From positions 7,469,751 through 7,533,750 of the forward strand of contig OZ037773.1 of NCBI GenBank assembly GCA_964035545.1: a DNA stretch of 64,000 bases, given 5' to 3'. Under the pieces are notes generated by a model. The model made no database searches, was not told the DNA's origin, and saw only the letters and a list, made by a program, of their open reading frames with translations. Made by a program: the position numbers and the translations under genes. The stretch is from Bugula neritina (taxonomy: Eukaryota > Animalia > Bryozoa). Positions 24,427 through 56,876 of this stretch are shown here, in pieces. Every line of letters starts with the position of its first letter. Position 1 is the stretch's first letter.

Positions 24427-24730
24427 ATGCATATGATATGTAATATCTATAGAAAGTAATTATATAGTGGTGATTGATGTCGCCAACATCAAGATATTCT
24501 TTAGAAATCAATATGGCAATGTCCGATATTAAAACAAGTAACTTTTTGTTTTTATTGAAAATTTTGCTATCACCAGGTGAATAAACCTGAAACTAATTTA
24601 TTTTCTGCTGTATATTATTCTGATATGTGATATACAGCATACTTTCCAGCTGCTTCACACAGAAGAAGCAAGCTTTTTAGTTAACGAAGTTGTGAATGAG
24701 GAAAAGTATAGAGAGACTTTGGAAGAAATA

Positions 24731-44095
<19,365 letters not shown>

Positions 44096-44452
44096 TGAAC
44101 AATGCTGTAATGACACCCTATATAACTTTGACATTAATTATTATGGCCATGTTGTCAGTGAGTTTATTTTGTGACTTTGCTTTGCTAGTATAACAATTAC
44201 AGTGGTATTTTTCATAGACTCATTGGTTATTACTGCTTTGGTTTGATATAATAATTTTTTAACATTTGTAGTGCTATTATATAATGTCTATACTTTTGTA
44301 AAGGGTTAGATGTTGTGGTTACAGAGCAAGACAAATATACTACTTCGCTGGTATATGCAGCTAATAAAATATAGTTAATAACTGTATATAAAATTATTCA
44401 TAAATTAAAATCAATCCTAAATAAGAATTAGAAACGGTAAGAATGAAACAAC

Positions 44453-44506
44453 AAAATATATACAGCTTGTAGGGTGCTTTATCACCCTACAAGCTGTATA
44501 TATTTT
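44453..44506. repeat. Perfect 24-bp inverted repeat with 6-nt spacer
   Basis: AAAATATATACAGCTTGTAGGGTG-ctttat-CACCCTACAAGCTGTATATATTTT. Confidence 0.9.
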
Positions 44507-46132
44507 TGTTTTACAATTTCACAAGCTTGCCTGCTTTGGACGGTGTCATCCCACGTAGATGATTCCTACTTAGACGATATTTAAAGATTTTAGTGTAATA
44601 TATGTATTTTATGCTATCATTTAGCACATAATAGAAAGCAAAGAAGCCACCAGCAAGCCACTTACAGTAACAAATAACAATACTTCTATAAGAAGCCATA
44701 CTGCACAAACCTTAAACTTAAACGAAAAAGATGGACAAAATATAATAAGAAAAAGTTGTAATATTGCAGTATGTGATATACCATGAAATGCATTTGTGCA
44801 TTTTATTCTGTTATCTGTTATTCTGAATAAAATAAACTGTAGCTAAATTAGTATTGAGTTAAAGCAAATAGCTGGCTTGGTAGCTTACTTTATGTTTAGC
44901 AGTAAATGCAACAGTTATATTTGTATATTACTATATATATTGTACGAAAATTAAAAATACGTTTAAGTTGGATGAAACTCTTTGAACATATGAACATAAA
45001 CAATCGTTTATTTTTACATACCCAAAGTTATCACTATATATTAAATTAGCTTAGTTAGAATTTCTAGCTATTCTATCACAAATAATATTAGACAATCAAA
45101 TTCCAGTCCTAGAGAAGACCTGTAGTAACCCCATGCCTATATATCTGTGTAAAAATGACATTATTGAAAGCAAATTGTTTTGCACAAAGCTTAAGTAGGA
45201 TTATAATGTCATTTCTTTGCATATATAGTTGTATGTACTTGTTGTTTATCATAGATCGACAGTTTATAATCAATCAATAATCAATAATCATTGGTATCAT
45301 GCGAAAATCAGAACAAAGGAAAAAAAAGAGAAACTTCAAATAATACCAGTTAATGATTTGCTAGAATATGAAACTGACAAAGGTGTACAAGAAAACTGTC
45401 AGTTGATTCTATATTGTGCTTAGATTAGTGAAGTGGTTTTAAAAATTTAGCGAGTTAGTAGAATCTGTGATGCTTATGTTAGAGATTATCAACTTTAGGT
45501 TTAAATATCTACAGTCTACACTATCTTCTTCTTGCAATTTTTTAACTTTCGCCATTTCTACGCATTTTCCAGGTGCTGGACTTGTTGAATGCTATATCTT
45601 TTTTTATTATCCAAGGTTTATACCCAGTGCTCATGGTTAACCTATGATACAGTATGATGGGGATTGTTGAGAAAAATGCAGGTCATGTGTTTGTGCCAAA
45701 TTTTTAAAGTGTTTTAGTCTTTTTAAACAGTCTTGAGCAGCATATAGATAGCATTTTCATTTTCAATTATAGCAAAAAACTTAACAGCTCCTATATCTTC
45801 CTTCCAAATTACCAAAGCCAAATCAACTTGAAAAAATAAATAACAGAGTAATTATCAGAAAATATTTTTTCTTTATTTAGCATTAGAAAAATATCAATAA
45901 ATATCAAATTATTTGCAAATAATAACCATGAACAGCTAAAGTTGAAAAGCTAACGCACAAATGAAATTGAGTTAAATTAGATTGACATAAAGTTGTCTAA
46001 AAGTTGATTGCAAGCAAATCAAATAAACTAAAATACAATTTATAATTGATTATTGGTTGTTGTTCTGAAGATTGATTAGGTTCAATTGTCTTTAGGAGAT
46101 TCTCATCACTTGCATAAATCAGGAGCTTTTAT

Positions 46133-49100
46133 TTAGTATCCATAATTGTAACCTAGCAACAAATAACATGCACTATAATATTCATGGAGTAAACAAATTA
46201 GAATAAGTCTAACTGAGGCAAAAATTTTTACTTTAGTAAATGTTGTAGAAGAATAAAGCTGGAAGGAGTGCTAGCTATTATTAAACATCATTATTTATAT
46301 TGATACGTACTGAAAATTTGAAGTTACTTTTTGTTTCAGAGTAAAGATGGAAACTTATTTATAGACCGTATAGGCACAATAGGTACTGCATTGATTTAAA
46401 AATGTGTACTCTCCCAAACAAAGTGAATTGCTGCTACACATAAATTAACCTCACGAATTTATAGTAATATTATACAAATTATATTATATCACTTATGAAA
46501 GACAATTTGGATTAAATTTTCTGGTGTTAGTAAAGTTTAAAGTTTAGTCTAGTTTATCAACTTACACTTCTTGGTGTGATAACAAGCTTTAGTTTCCTGT
46601 TTGGATCCATAGCAGTATTTACCACCATAAGCTGGTGGAGGGTTTGTACAGCTTCTGGTTCTAGTTTGAGAGCCAGTTCCACATGTACCAGAGCAAGAAG
46701 ACCAGTGAGTCCAGTGGGCCCAAACTCCATCAACTGCGAAATAATGCACATATTTATTGCTGGTGGTTTCGCTTTGCATTGTTTTCAAAAAGTATCATAA
46801 TATTATTAGGATAAGTGACAACACCCAAATTTTATTTTAATTAACATACAGTATAATTAGCTGTCTTGATTTGCAAACCTAGACACCAAAACCCTTTCCA
46901 TTTATTGTGTAGAAAAGTAGCACATGAAATACTATTATGTAAGCTAATATGTTATACGCAATTTTACTTAAACTAACAAATAGACCTAATTTCTCTTTTA
47001 CACTGTAAAAAAAGAAACATTTCTATACATACCTTTACATTTCTGGACGTTGCACTTGACTAACTGCTTTGCAATTCCATAGCAATCATCTCCTCCGTAA
47101 GATGGAGCTGGGTTGGTACAGGTTCTGGTTCTGTGTTTATCTCCACCTCCACATGTGGCTGAACAGTCAGAGTAATAGCTCCACTCGCTCCATCCTCCAT
47201 TTACTGTAAGAGAATAAATTGATTAAAAAAACTTTACTTTTGAATAAAATTTGATTTATTACATAACATTAGCAGAAGAAAACAATATTTAAACAATCAG
47301 AAAACAAAAGGTAAATTATCTGAACATCAAGTTTTGAGTATTTAATTTTCTCATGATACAACTAATTACATTTGACAGAAAAAAGTATCACATTCAAAGT
47401 TATAATAAGATTGTTGTACCTTTACAGTATTGTGTGTTACAAGCTACAGTCTCTTTTTCACTTCCATAGCAGTCATCTCCTCCGTAAGCAGGAGCTGGGT
47501 TGGTACAAGTTCTGGTTTTATGTTTGTATCCACCTCCACATGTGGCTGAGCAAACAGAGTAATGGCTCCACTCGCTCCATCCTCCATTTACTAGTAGAAA
47601 ACAGATAAAATTTACACCAGTAATATATCTTCTTGCAGTATTGCGAGCAATAAACTGAACACCCCAATAAGTCAAAGCAAAAAAGTGACTATTTAAGCAA
47701 ATATTTACCTTTACAGTCTTGAGTGTTACATGCTACAACCTCTTTTTCACTTCCATAGCAATCATGTCCTCCGTAAGAAGGAGCTGGGTTGGTACAAGTT
47801 CTGGTTTTATGTTTGTATCCACCTCCACATGTGGCTGAGCAAACAGAGTAATGGCTCCACTCGCTCCATCCTCCATTTACTAGTAGAAAACAGATAAAAT
47901 TTACACCAGTAATATATCTTCTTGCAGTATTGCGAGCAATAAACTGAACACCCCAATAAGTCAAAGCAAAAAAGTGACTATTTAAGCAAATATTTACCTT
48001 TACAGTCTTGAGTGTTACATGCTACAACCTCTTTTTCACTTCCATAGCAATCATGTCCTCCGTAAGAAGGAGCTGGGTTGGTACAAGTTCTGGTTTTATG
48101 TTTGTATCCACCTCCACATGTGGCTGAGCAAACAGAGTAATGGCTCCACTCGCTCCATCCTCCATTTACTAGTAGAAAACAGATAAAATTTACACCAGTA
48201 ATATATCTTCTTGCAGTATTGCGAGCAATAAACTGAACACCCCAATAAGTCAAAGCAAAAAAGTGACTATTTAAGCAAATATTTACCTTTACAGTCTTGA
48301 GTGTTACATGCTACAACCTCTTTTTCACTTCCATAGCAATCATGTCCTCCGTAAGAAGGAGCTGGGTTGGTACAAGTTCTGGTTTTATGTTTGTATCCAC
48401 CTCCACATGTGGCTGAGCAAACAGAGTAATGGCTCCACTCGCTCCAACCTCCATTTACTGTAGAGGCAATAAAATGCAAAATTAGAAAGTGAACCTTTAA
48501 ACCCAAGCAAAACCAACATGGATAGAAGAAATAATATTATTTAAAACAATTTTGCATGTTGCTTAAAAAATAATATATTAAAAAATTTGAGTTTTATTTT
48601 TCATAGTATAAAAATATAAGTTTTAAAATTTTGATCTCACCTTTGCAGTCTTGAGTGTTACAGGCTACTGTCTCTTTTTCACTTCCATAGCAGTCATCTC
48701 CTCCGTAAGCAGGAGCTGGGTTGGTACAAGTTCTAGTTTTATGTTTGTATCCACCTCCACATGTGGCTGAACAAACAGAATAATGGCTCCACTCGCTCCA
48801 TCCTCCATTCACTGTAGAGGCAATAAAGTGAAAAATATGAAAGTGAACCCTTAAGCTCAAACAAAGCCAATATCAATTCAAGGAATAATACTACTTCAGA
48901 GTAATTCAAATTTATTCAAAAAATTGTCGAGTATATGTCCAAGAAATTTTGAATTTAATTTCTTAATGCTATGAGAACATAGAGTTCAAAATTACTGTCT
49001 CACCCTTGCAGTGATGAGTGTTACAAGCTACAACTTCTTTTGCAACACCATAGCAATCATGTCCTCCGTAAGCAGGAGCTGGGTTGGTACAAGTTCTGGT

Positions 49101-52100
49101 TCTGTGTTTATCTCCACCTCCACATGTGGCTGAACAGTCAGAGTAATAGCTCCACTCGCTCCATCCTCCATTAACTAAAGAAAACAAGTTAATTAAAAAA
49201 GTTTTAAATTTGAATAAAATTTGATTGATTACATAACATTAGCAGAAGAAAACAATATTTAGACAATCAAAAAACAAAAATTCATTTATCTGAACATCAA
49301 GTTTAGAGGATTTATTTTTTCTTTAGTGGCATAAAAGCTGCAATCAATTTTATTTGATAGAAGAAAAATTTGTATTGTAAGTTATAATAAAATTGTTGTA
49401 CCTTTACAGTCTTGTGTATTACATTTCACGACTTCCTTTTCACTTCCATAGCAATCATCTCCTCCATAAGCTGGTGCTGGGTTGGTACAAGTTCTGGTTC
49501 TGTGTTTATCTCCACCTCCACATGTGGCTGAGCAAACAGAGTAATGGCTCCACTCGCTCCATCCTCCATTTACTAGTAGAAAACAAATAAAATTTACCCC
49601 AGTAATATATCTTCTTGCAGTATTGTAAGCTATAAACTAAACACTACCAGTAAACCAAAGCAAAAAAACTGACTATTGAAGCAAATATTTACCTTTACAT
49701 TCTTGAGTGTTACAGGCTACTGTCTCTTTTTCACTTCCATAGCAATCATCTCCTCCGTAAGATGGTGCTGGATTGGTACAGGTTCTGGTCTTATGTTTGT
49801 ATCCACCTCCACATGTGGCTGAACAAACAGAGTAATGGCTCCACTCGCTCCAACCTCCATTTACTATAGAAGAAATAAAGTGCAAAATTGGAAAGTGAAC
49901 TTTTAAACCCTTAAGCAAAGCCAATATCAATGAAAGGAATAATACAAATTCCAAGTTGTTTGAATGGTAAATTTAAAATAAGAGAGCTTTATTTTTCACT
50001 GCTGTGAAAATATAAGTTTTAAAATTATTATCTCACCTTTGCAGTAATGAGTATTACATGCTACAGCCTCTTTTTCACTTCCATAGCAATCATGTCCTCC
50101 GTAAGCAGGAGCTGGGTTGGTACAAGTTCTGGTTCTGTATTTATATCCACCTCCACATGTGACTGAACAGTCAGAGTAATAGCTCCACTCACTCCATCCT
50201 CCATTTACTGTAAGAGAATAAATTGATTAACTAGGTTGAGACTTCAATAAGTTTTTACTGATTGCATACATAACAAAGAGGTAAACAATAAATAAATATA
50301 TAAAAAGTGATTTATCTAAAAATTGAGTCTTAAGGATTTAAACTTTGCATATATGTATTTGTGCTAGAAAAATAAAATAAAATTCATTTGACAGAAAAAA
50401 TAATGTATTTTGAGTTATAAGATTGTTGTACCTTTACAGTCATGTGTGTTGCATTTCACAATTTCCTTTTCATTTCCGTAACAGTCGTCTCCTCCGTAAG
50501 ATGGAGCTGGGTTGGTACAAGTTCTGGTTCTGTGTTTATCTCCACCTCCACATGTGGCTGAACAATCAGAGTAATAGCTCCACTCACTCCATCCTCCATT
50601 AACTAAAAGAATATAAATTAATTGATTAGGTTTAAATTTGAATAAAATTATATTTGTTACAAACTAAGAGGTACACAATAAATGAATAAATCAAAAAGCA
50701 AAGCTGACTTATCGAAAAATTTAGATTTAATGATTTAAATTTTCCATGGTGTATTGTTGACACGGAAATACAATTGCATTAGTTTTATTGAAAAAATATT
50801 AAATTTTAAGTTATAATAAGATTGTTGTACCTTTACAGTATTGAGTGTTGCATGCCACAGTCTCTTTTTCACTTCCATAACAATCGTTTCCTCCGTAAGA
50901 TGGAGCTGGGTTGGTACAGGTTCTGGTCTTATGTTTGTATCCACCTCCACATGTGGCTGAACAATCAGAGTAATGGCTCCACTCACTCCATCCTCCATTA
51001 ACTAGAAAAACAAAAATTTACAACATGAAAAAATGAAGCTAAGAGTTTTACTACAACAAACTTTTTAAATTGATAGACAACACAATCTTTTTAAATACTA
51101 TATAAGTTTTCTATATTAAAAATACTATAAAATATTTAAAAAGTATTGGTTTACCTCTGCAGTAATGAGTGTTGCACTTCACGACTTCTTTTCCACTTCC
51201 GTAGCAATCATCTCCCCCGTAAGCTGGAGCTGGGTTGGTACAGGTTCTAGTCTTATTTTGGAGTCCACCTCCACAGTTAGCTGAACAAGCAGAGTAATAG
51301 GTCCATTCGCTCCATCCTCCATTTACTGTAATAAAAACTATTTGTTTGAACAAGAAGCTCCTAAGGTTAGAGTATAAAAGTTTCTGCTATTACATTTACA
51401 TCAACTTGGAAAGTTAACCAGTTGTTTGCCTCCTTGTAATGTTCAAAAAGTTATTTATTGAAATTTTTAAATGTTGATTAAGCCTCACCTGCACAGTGAG
51501 TTCCATGGCAAGCTGTAGTTTCAGTGGAGCTACCATAGCAATCTGAACCACCATATGATGGAGCTGGGTTGGTACAAGTTCTAGATCTAGATTTATATCC
51601 TGTACCACATTTCTTAGAACACTCTCCATAATACCCCCATTCACTCCATCCTCCATTTACTAAAATAAAAAATAATTTTGTGCCACAAAGGGTTTTCATT
51701 GTTTATAGCTCAAATGTACCTGCGATTACATTCACAAAACCCTAAAAAAGCAACTAATTTTTGGCCTCAATGTAATGCTTAAAATGGCAAAACTTAAGTT
51801 TAAAAACATAAAAAGACAAACTCAATCTCACCTGCACAGTGAGTTCCATAGCAAGCTGTAGTTTCAGTAGAGCTACCATAACAACCTGAACCACCATATG
51901 ATGGAGCTGGGTTGGTACAAGTTCTAGATCTAGATTTATATCCTGTGCCACATTTCTTAGAACAATCTCCATAATACCCCCATTCACTCCATCCTCCGTT
52001 TACTGTGAAAATAGTTTTTATATAAAATCCCAATTATTATTGTATTGTTACTTCAAATGCTTGCAACAAGGAATTAAAATATTGTTTGGAGTGGCATGTT

Positions 52101-52505
52101 ATAGTTGATGTTAGTAAAGCTGTACCAGACTTACCTTTACTGTAGTGAGAATACTTGTTAACATTATAACTGCTATAATTGTAGTTAGCAGCCAAAGCCA
52201 CACCTGTATAAAACAAAGCACACTTTTAATACAGTTCATGTACAAGGTATATATAGTTATAATATAACAAAACTGGAAGGGAATTGAAGTATTTTACTGT
52301 TTCAAACTGCTTTCTATCTAACATATTGCTCATATTGGCTACACTGAAATAGCTACCATTTTTTGTTCGTAAATCAAATGATGTTTTTTATCTCTGCTCA
52401 ACTTTAATCTAAACTTCATATAGTGCCCTGGTACCTTTTGTAGGTTTAATAACTGCTCTATAACTCACCTATAACAGCGTAAAAGGCAAAAACCTCAGCT
52501 TTCAT
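46133..52505 (-). CDS. Secreted poly-TSP1-repeat protein 1 (16 TSP1 repeats, ~950 aa)
   Basis: Exons 52505-52469 ([12 protein letters not shown]) and 52203-52135 ([23 protein letters not shown]). Fifteen ~171-bp phase-1 TSP1 exons lie between 52002 and 47033 ([57 protein letters not shown]), then 46733-46566 (16th repeat) and 46152-46133 (CYNYGY*). Confidence 0.88.
47491..48445. repeat. Near-perfect 289-bp tandem repeat (~3.3 copies), each unit one TSP1 exon plus intron
   Basis: The same ORF end recurs at 47689, 47978 and 48267 (period 289), and the intron sequence is identical between copies. Confidence 0.93.
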
Positions 52506-52787
52506 GGTAATGACAGTCTATATCTAAAAAAATACAAATTGATATAGTTTTAAACAATAATAGATAAGAACTATTTGACTTAATTCACTAAAAGTTTACT
52601 TTCAAGTTAGATTTAATAACATATGCAGCAGATTGTTCAATAGTTATAGGGTTTTTATTATATAATTATTACAATTTTTATAAATTAACAAATGCATCAG
52701 AGCACAATATTCAAAAAGAAGTTTTTAGCTAAATGCATTGTTAGAAAAATTATTAGAGATGTGAAAAATTAGCTGTCTCTCTACTTA

Positions 52788-52862
52788 CACTCTGCAGTAC
52801 CAAGTAACTTGAACAGTTTCAATGGTAGTGTGAGTAAAACTGATTCCTCGCTTCTTTATATA
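52788..52862 (-). promoter_or_regulatory. TATA box (52855-52862) and non-coding first exon of TSP1 gene 1
   Basis: TATATAAA on minus followed by a gtaag donor near 52788; conserved in the second copy. Confidence 0.55.
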
Positions 52863-54861
52863 CTACTAAAGGAATTTCACATTATCATTTATATTCAATT
52901 GCACATTCATTACTCAACTTTAACTGTAACCTGATGGTCTTATAATGACGTGACACTATTACCATATTGTTACCTTCCTACCTCAATTAAGTTTTTTATA
53001 ACGAGTGACTAATATGCAGTTTAACGTCTTTCATCCGAGAGTGAAATCACTGGAAAGGTGATGGTGCAAGAATGTTTTTAACAAGGAAGTGTTAAACTGC
53101 ACGTACTTTATTTTGGCTTGAATGCATTTTCAGATCAAAATTATTTAAATTAATAAGTGATAATGTGAAAAGGATGCTCATTATACTAGATTGCATGCTT
53201 GAATTTATTATACCAGTGCAAGATAGCCACTTTAAATGCTATTCATTCATTCATTTTTAGGCATGCAAACACAATTTAATTAACACTGATGCCAGGAAAT
53301 TATTTCTAATGCATATGAAGTTAAATCAGGTACAAAAACGAGTTTTGCAGCAAATATGTTCAACACAAAACTAATTTATATTACTTTCTATTTGTGTTTA
53401 CTAAATATTAGGTGTTCAATTCCAATGCAACAATTTTAAATCAGAAACTTAATTAAGATCAAGGAGTTATAGATGCACTAAAAACTACTAGCAATTACAG
53501 CCTGCTTCTTTGTTTACCCCACTCTCTGCACTTGAAAGCAGTTCTATAATTCTATTAAACAGTAATATTATACACTGTCATCGGGTATATTACACAGTAA
53601 AAGTATAGTAGGCTACAATAACAGTGAAATAGCAATAAATAGCTTCAGCTTACTTTTTAAACTAAGGGATGTATCTTGATGCTCCCCATCACAATTAGAG
53701 ATTGATTTAAGTTTAAACAGTATGCAGTCCTACAAGAATCCTAAATTGTATTTCTATAATGTATTTGAACTGAAAAATGCAATCTAATTAGAATCTAAAA
53801 TTGCTTTCAGTGCTTTCATATAGAAAACTAGCTATATAGATGAAGACCGACATGCATTCTAGATGATATGTTATCTATGCATGATGCATATAATGATAGA
53901 ATTTAAATAGGATCCTGTCTTTTTGTTTGTAGTACCTCTTTTCAAGCAGCAAAAGAAATTTGGAGTACCATATTATTATAATAGTATATACTATATATAA
54001 CATCATAATATTGAGAAAATATGTCATATATGTATAGATATTTATTCTTATATAAAATATAAAAAACTGCACGATTTATATTATATATGTATTTAATAAT
54101 GTTTACTGAAACACTTGCAGGTTCAGTTATTACTACAATATTTCAAATTAAGAAACAAATGTCCTATTACTTCTATATGCATGCTTTGTTCGCCATGTGA
54201 GTTATGTATACAATGCATATCTTATGATGATCATCTGTATAATAAGATATCCAGCTGTATAGCTTCAAATATCTGCTAGAGTAGCTATACTCAATGCTAA
54301 CGTTTTTATTTTGAACTAGAAATAATAAAGTTAATAATATAGTACTAAGCTGCAGATGGGGATAGATTCCCTTTATTCTAGAGTAAAGACAAACTGTATG
54401 CTTAAAAGCATTTCAACTTGTCTATTCAGTTACCACAGATGGTGTCAACAGGGGAATAAATCTGATCTAAATGCATTATAATCAATCTTTTTAGCATTTT
54501 GTAGTGAAGTCTTATTTATTTTCCACCAGAAATCAAATTAATCAATGTACAATCCCTGGCGAAGCTGGTGGCACAATGCAAGATCACTCTGACGCCCAAG
54601 TTACGTGCTGCATGTCCAAAAAGTGTGTGGAAACGTATGAATTAACAACACCATTCAGTAATAGATTAGGAATCTCAAAACAAGTGCAATAATTTACGTT
54701 AGTCTATAAAGAAGGAATTAAACTCGTTTGAGGAAATGTCAAATATCTAATCATTGAAACTCTTGTACAGTTTTTCAATGGAACAGACATTTATAATTTA
54801 TTAAGGCTTAGTCACCTGACCGTCAAGGTGATCCATGATATCATACGATCTAAATACAGAT

Positions 54862-54952
54862 CTGTCAAATGATAAATTTCTTCATTAAGCTACAGTGAAC
54901 TGTCAAATGATAAATTACTCCATTGCTACAGGGAACTGTGAAATGATAAATT
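54862..54952. repeat. ~37-bp degenerate tandem repeat (~2.5 copies)
   Basis: CTGT(C/G)AAATGATAAATT occurs three times with GCTACAG(T/G)GAA linkers, in the non-duplicated spacer between the TSP1 genes. Confidence 0.7.
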
Positions 54953-56876
54953 CGAATATTCAAATATTTTTTGTCATAATATTCAAATAAATAATTTTGA
55001 ATATTATGGCAAAAAGATATTATTTTAAATAAATTGAAACTAGTCTATGTGTTTTACTCTAAAGTTCTATTATGCATGCATGCTAGTTTTAGACATTTTG
55101 TTATATAAAAAAAAAATTATATACATGCTGAGAGTTTCGAATAAAATTAGATAAAACTTGGATATATCTGTTTGGAACTAAAATTCTGAGGCATTGATAG
55201 GGTATAAATGGAGTCATTTGCAAAATAATAATTTGTAATAATAACAAACCTCCTACTTGTGTAAATGGCATTATATGCATATAGTAACTTTCTATTTTTA
55301 GTTGCCCAGCAACATTATGGAGAAGTGATTGCAAAATTGTCAGACAACATATTATTGATAATCAGTTTGCAATCCCTCTTCAAATTGAATAATTGATTGG
55401 TATATAACTAAGCTGATTGAAAATAAATATGATGTGTATTGGTTTTAAATAAAGGTAAGACAATAAAAATACTATTTAAACGTATAGTTTAGAGGTTTCA
55501 CAATATCTAATAGATGGGTATACTAACTATCCCAGTCAAGATTTCAAACAGAATCGCAATTTAAATAATTAAAGAATTTATCAATTTTTTTATTGACAAT
55601 TAGTTTTAAATCTATATATTAGTTTTGAACAATAGAGTCGTCTGCTTAAACTCGTAATTTATTGCATTGTAATAAAGTCATCCTTAGAATATTAGTAATT
55701 TTAAATAGAAATAGTAGAATAAATAGTACTATTTTAACCTGCAATATATAGCTTGTGTCACAATTTCGAAAGCGTGCCTGCAATAGGCATATGAACAGAA
55801 ATTATTGTTTAACATTTTGCATAACCATAGTTATCGTTACCTTAAAATTAGTTTAGCTAGAATTCTTAGCCATTTTATCATAAAAAATATTAGACAAGCA
55901 AGTTCTAGTCCAAAAGAAGACTCATAGCAACCTTATCTATTTGTGTATAAATGAAATTATTGAAAGTAAATTATGTTTTGTGCAAATATTAAGTAGGTTT
56001 ATCATGCTATTTCTTGGTATGTATAGTTGTATGTATAACTGCTGTTCATCATAAATACTGTTAATAGTTATTATCATCGTGCAAAAAGCACCACAAAAAA
56101 AGAGAAACATCAAATGATACCCTTTGATGATTTGCTAGAATATGAAGTTGTCAAAGGTGTGTAAGAAGACTTTCAGTTCTTTTTATATTGTTTTCAGACT
56201 ATAAGTTAAGTGACTTTAACAAGGACTTTAGCAAGCTAGTAGAATATGTTACCTATGTTAGAAATTATCGTACTCAGTTTTTTAAATTTTCTACACATCT
56301 CCTTCTTAATTTTAATTTATTTACTCTAGCCATCTCAAAAAAACTTTATAGTTGCTGAACCCATTGGATATATCTTTTTATTGTTCAAGGTTGCACAGTA
56401 TACTCATGGTTGCCCTATACGATATGTTATGGTATATTGTAAAAGCTGCAAAGTGTGAGCCTGTACAAAGTTTTTAGATGGAAAAGCTTGTTAGGAAAGC
56501 CTTGATATGTATATATTTAATACTGGAAACTTGCCAGTTCATATCTTATCCTTGCTCAGCCACAAGTGATTAAACTGTTTAGTCAATAAATAATGCATCA
56601 TTTATTATAACAGATTTAGATTTATTTGACTATGGGAAAATAAAGAAAGATATCAATAAATATTAAAGTTTTCTGCAAATAACAGGTGAAAAGCTAAAGC
56701 AGAAATGAAATTGAGTTAAATTATATTGATATAAACTTGTCTGAAAGTTGATTGCAAGTAAATTAAATAAACTAAAATACAATTTATTATTGTTTATTGG
56801 TTGTCGTTTTGAAGATTGATCAGTTTCAATTGTCTTTAGGAGATTCTCATCACTTGCATAAATCAGGGGTCTTTAT

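Noticed and set aside
54504-54692. 62-aa ORF in the spacer between the TSP1 genes
   Set aside because: No recognisable motif, signal peptide or paralogue; probably chance or a repeat remnant.
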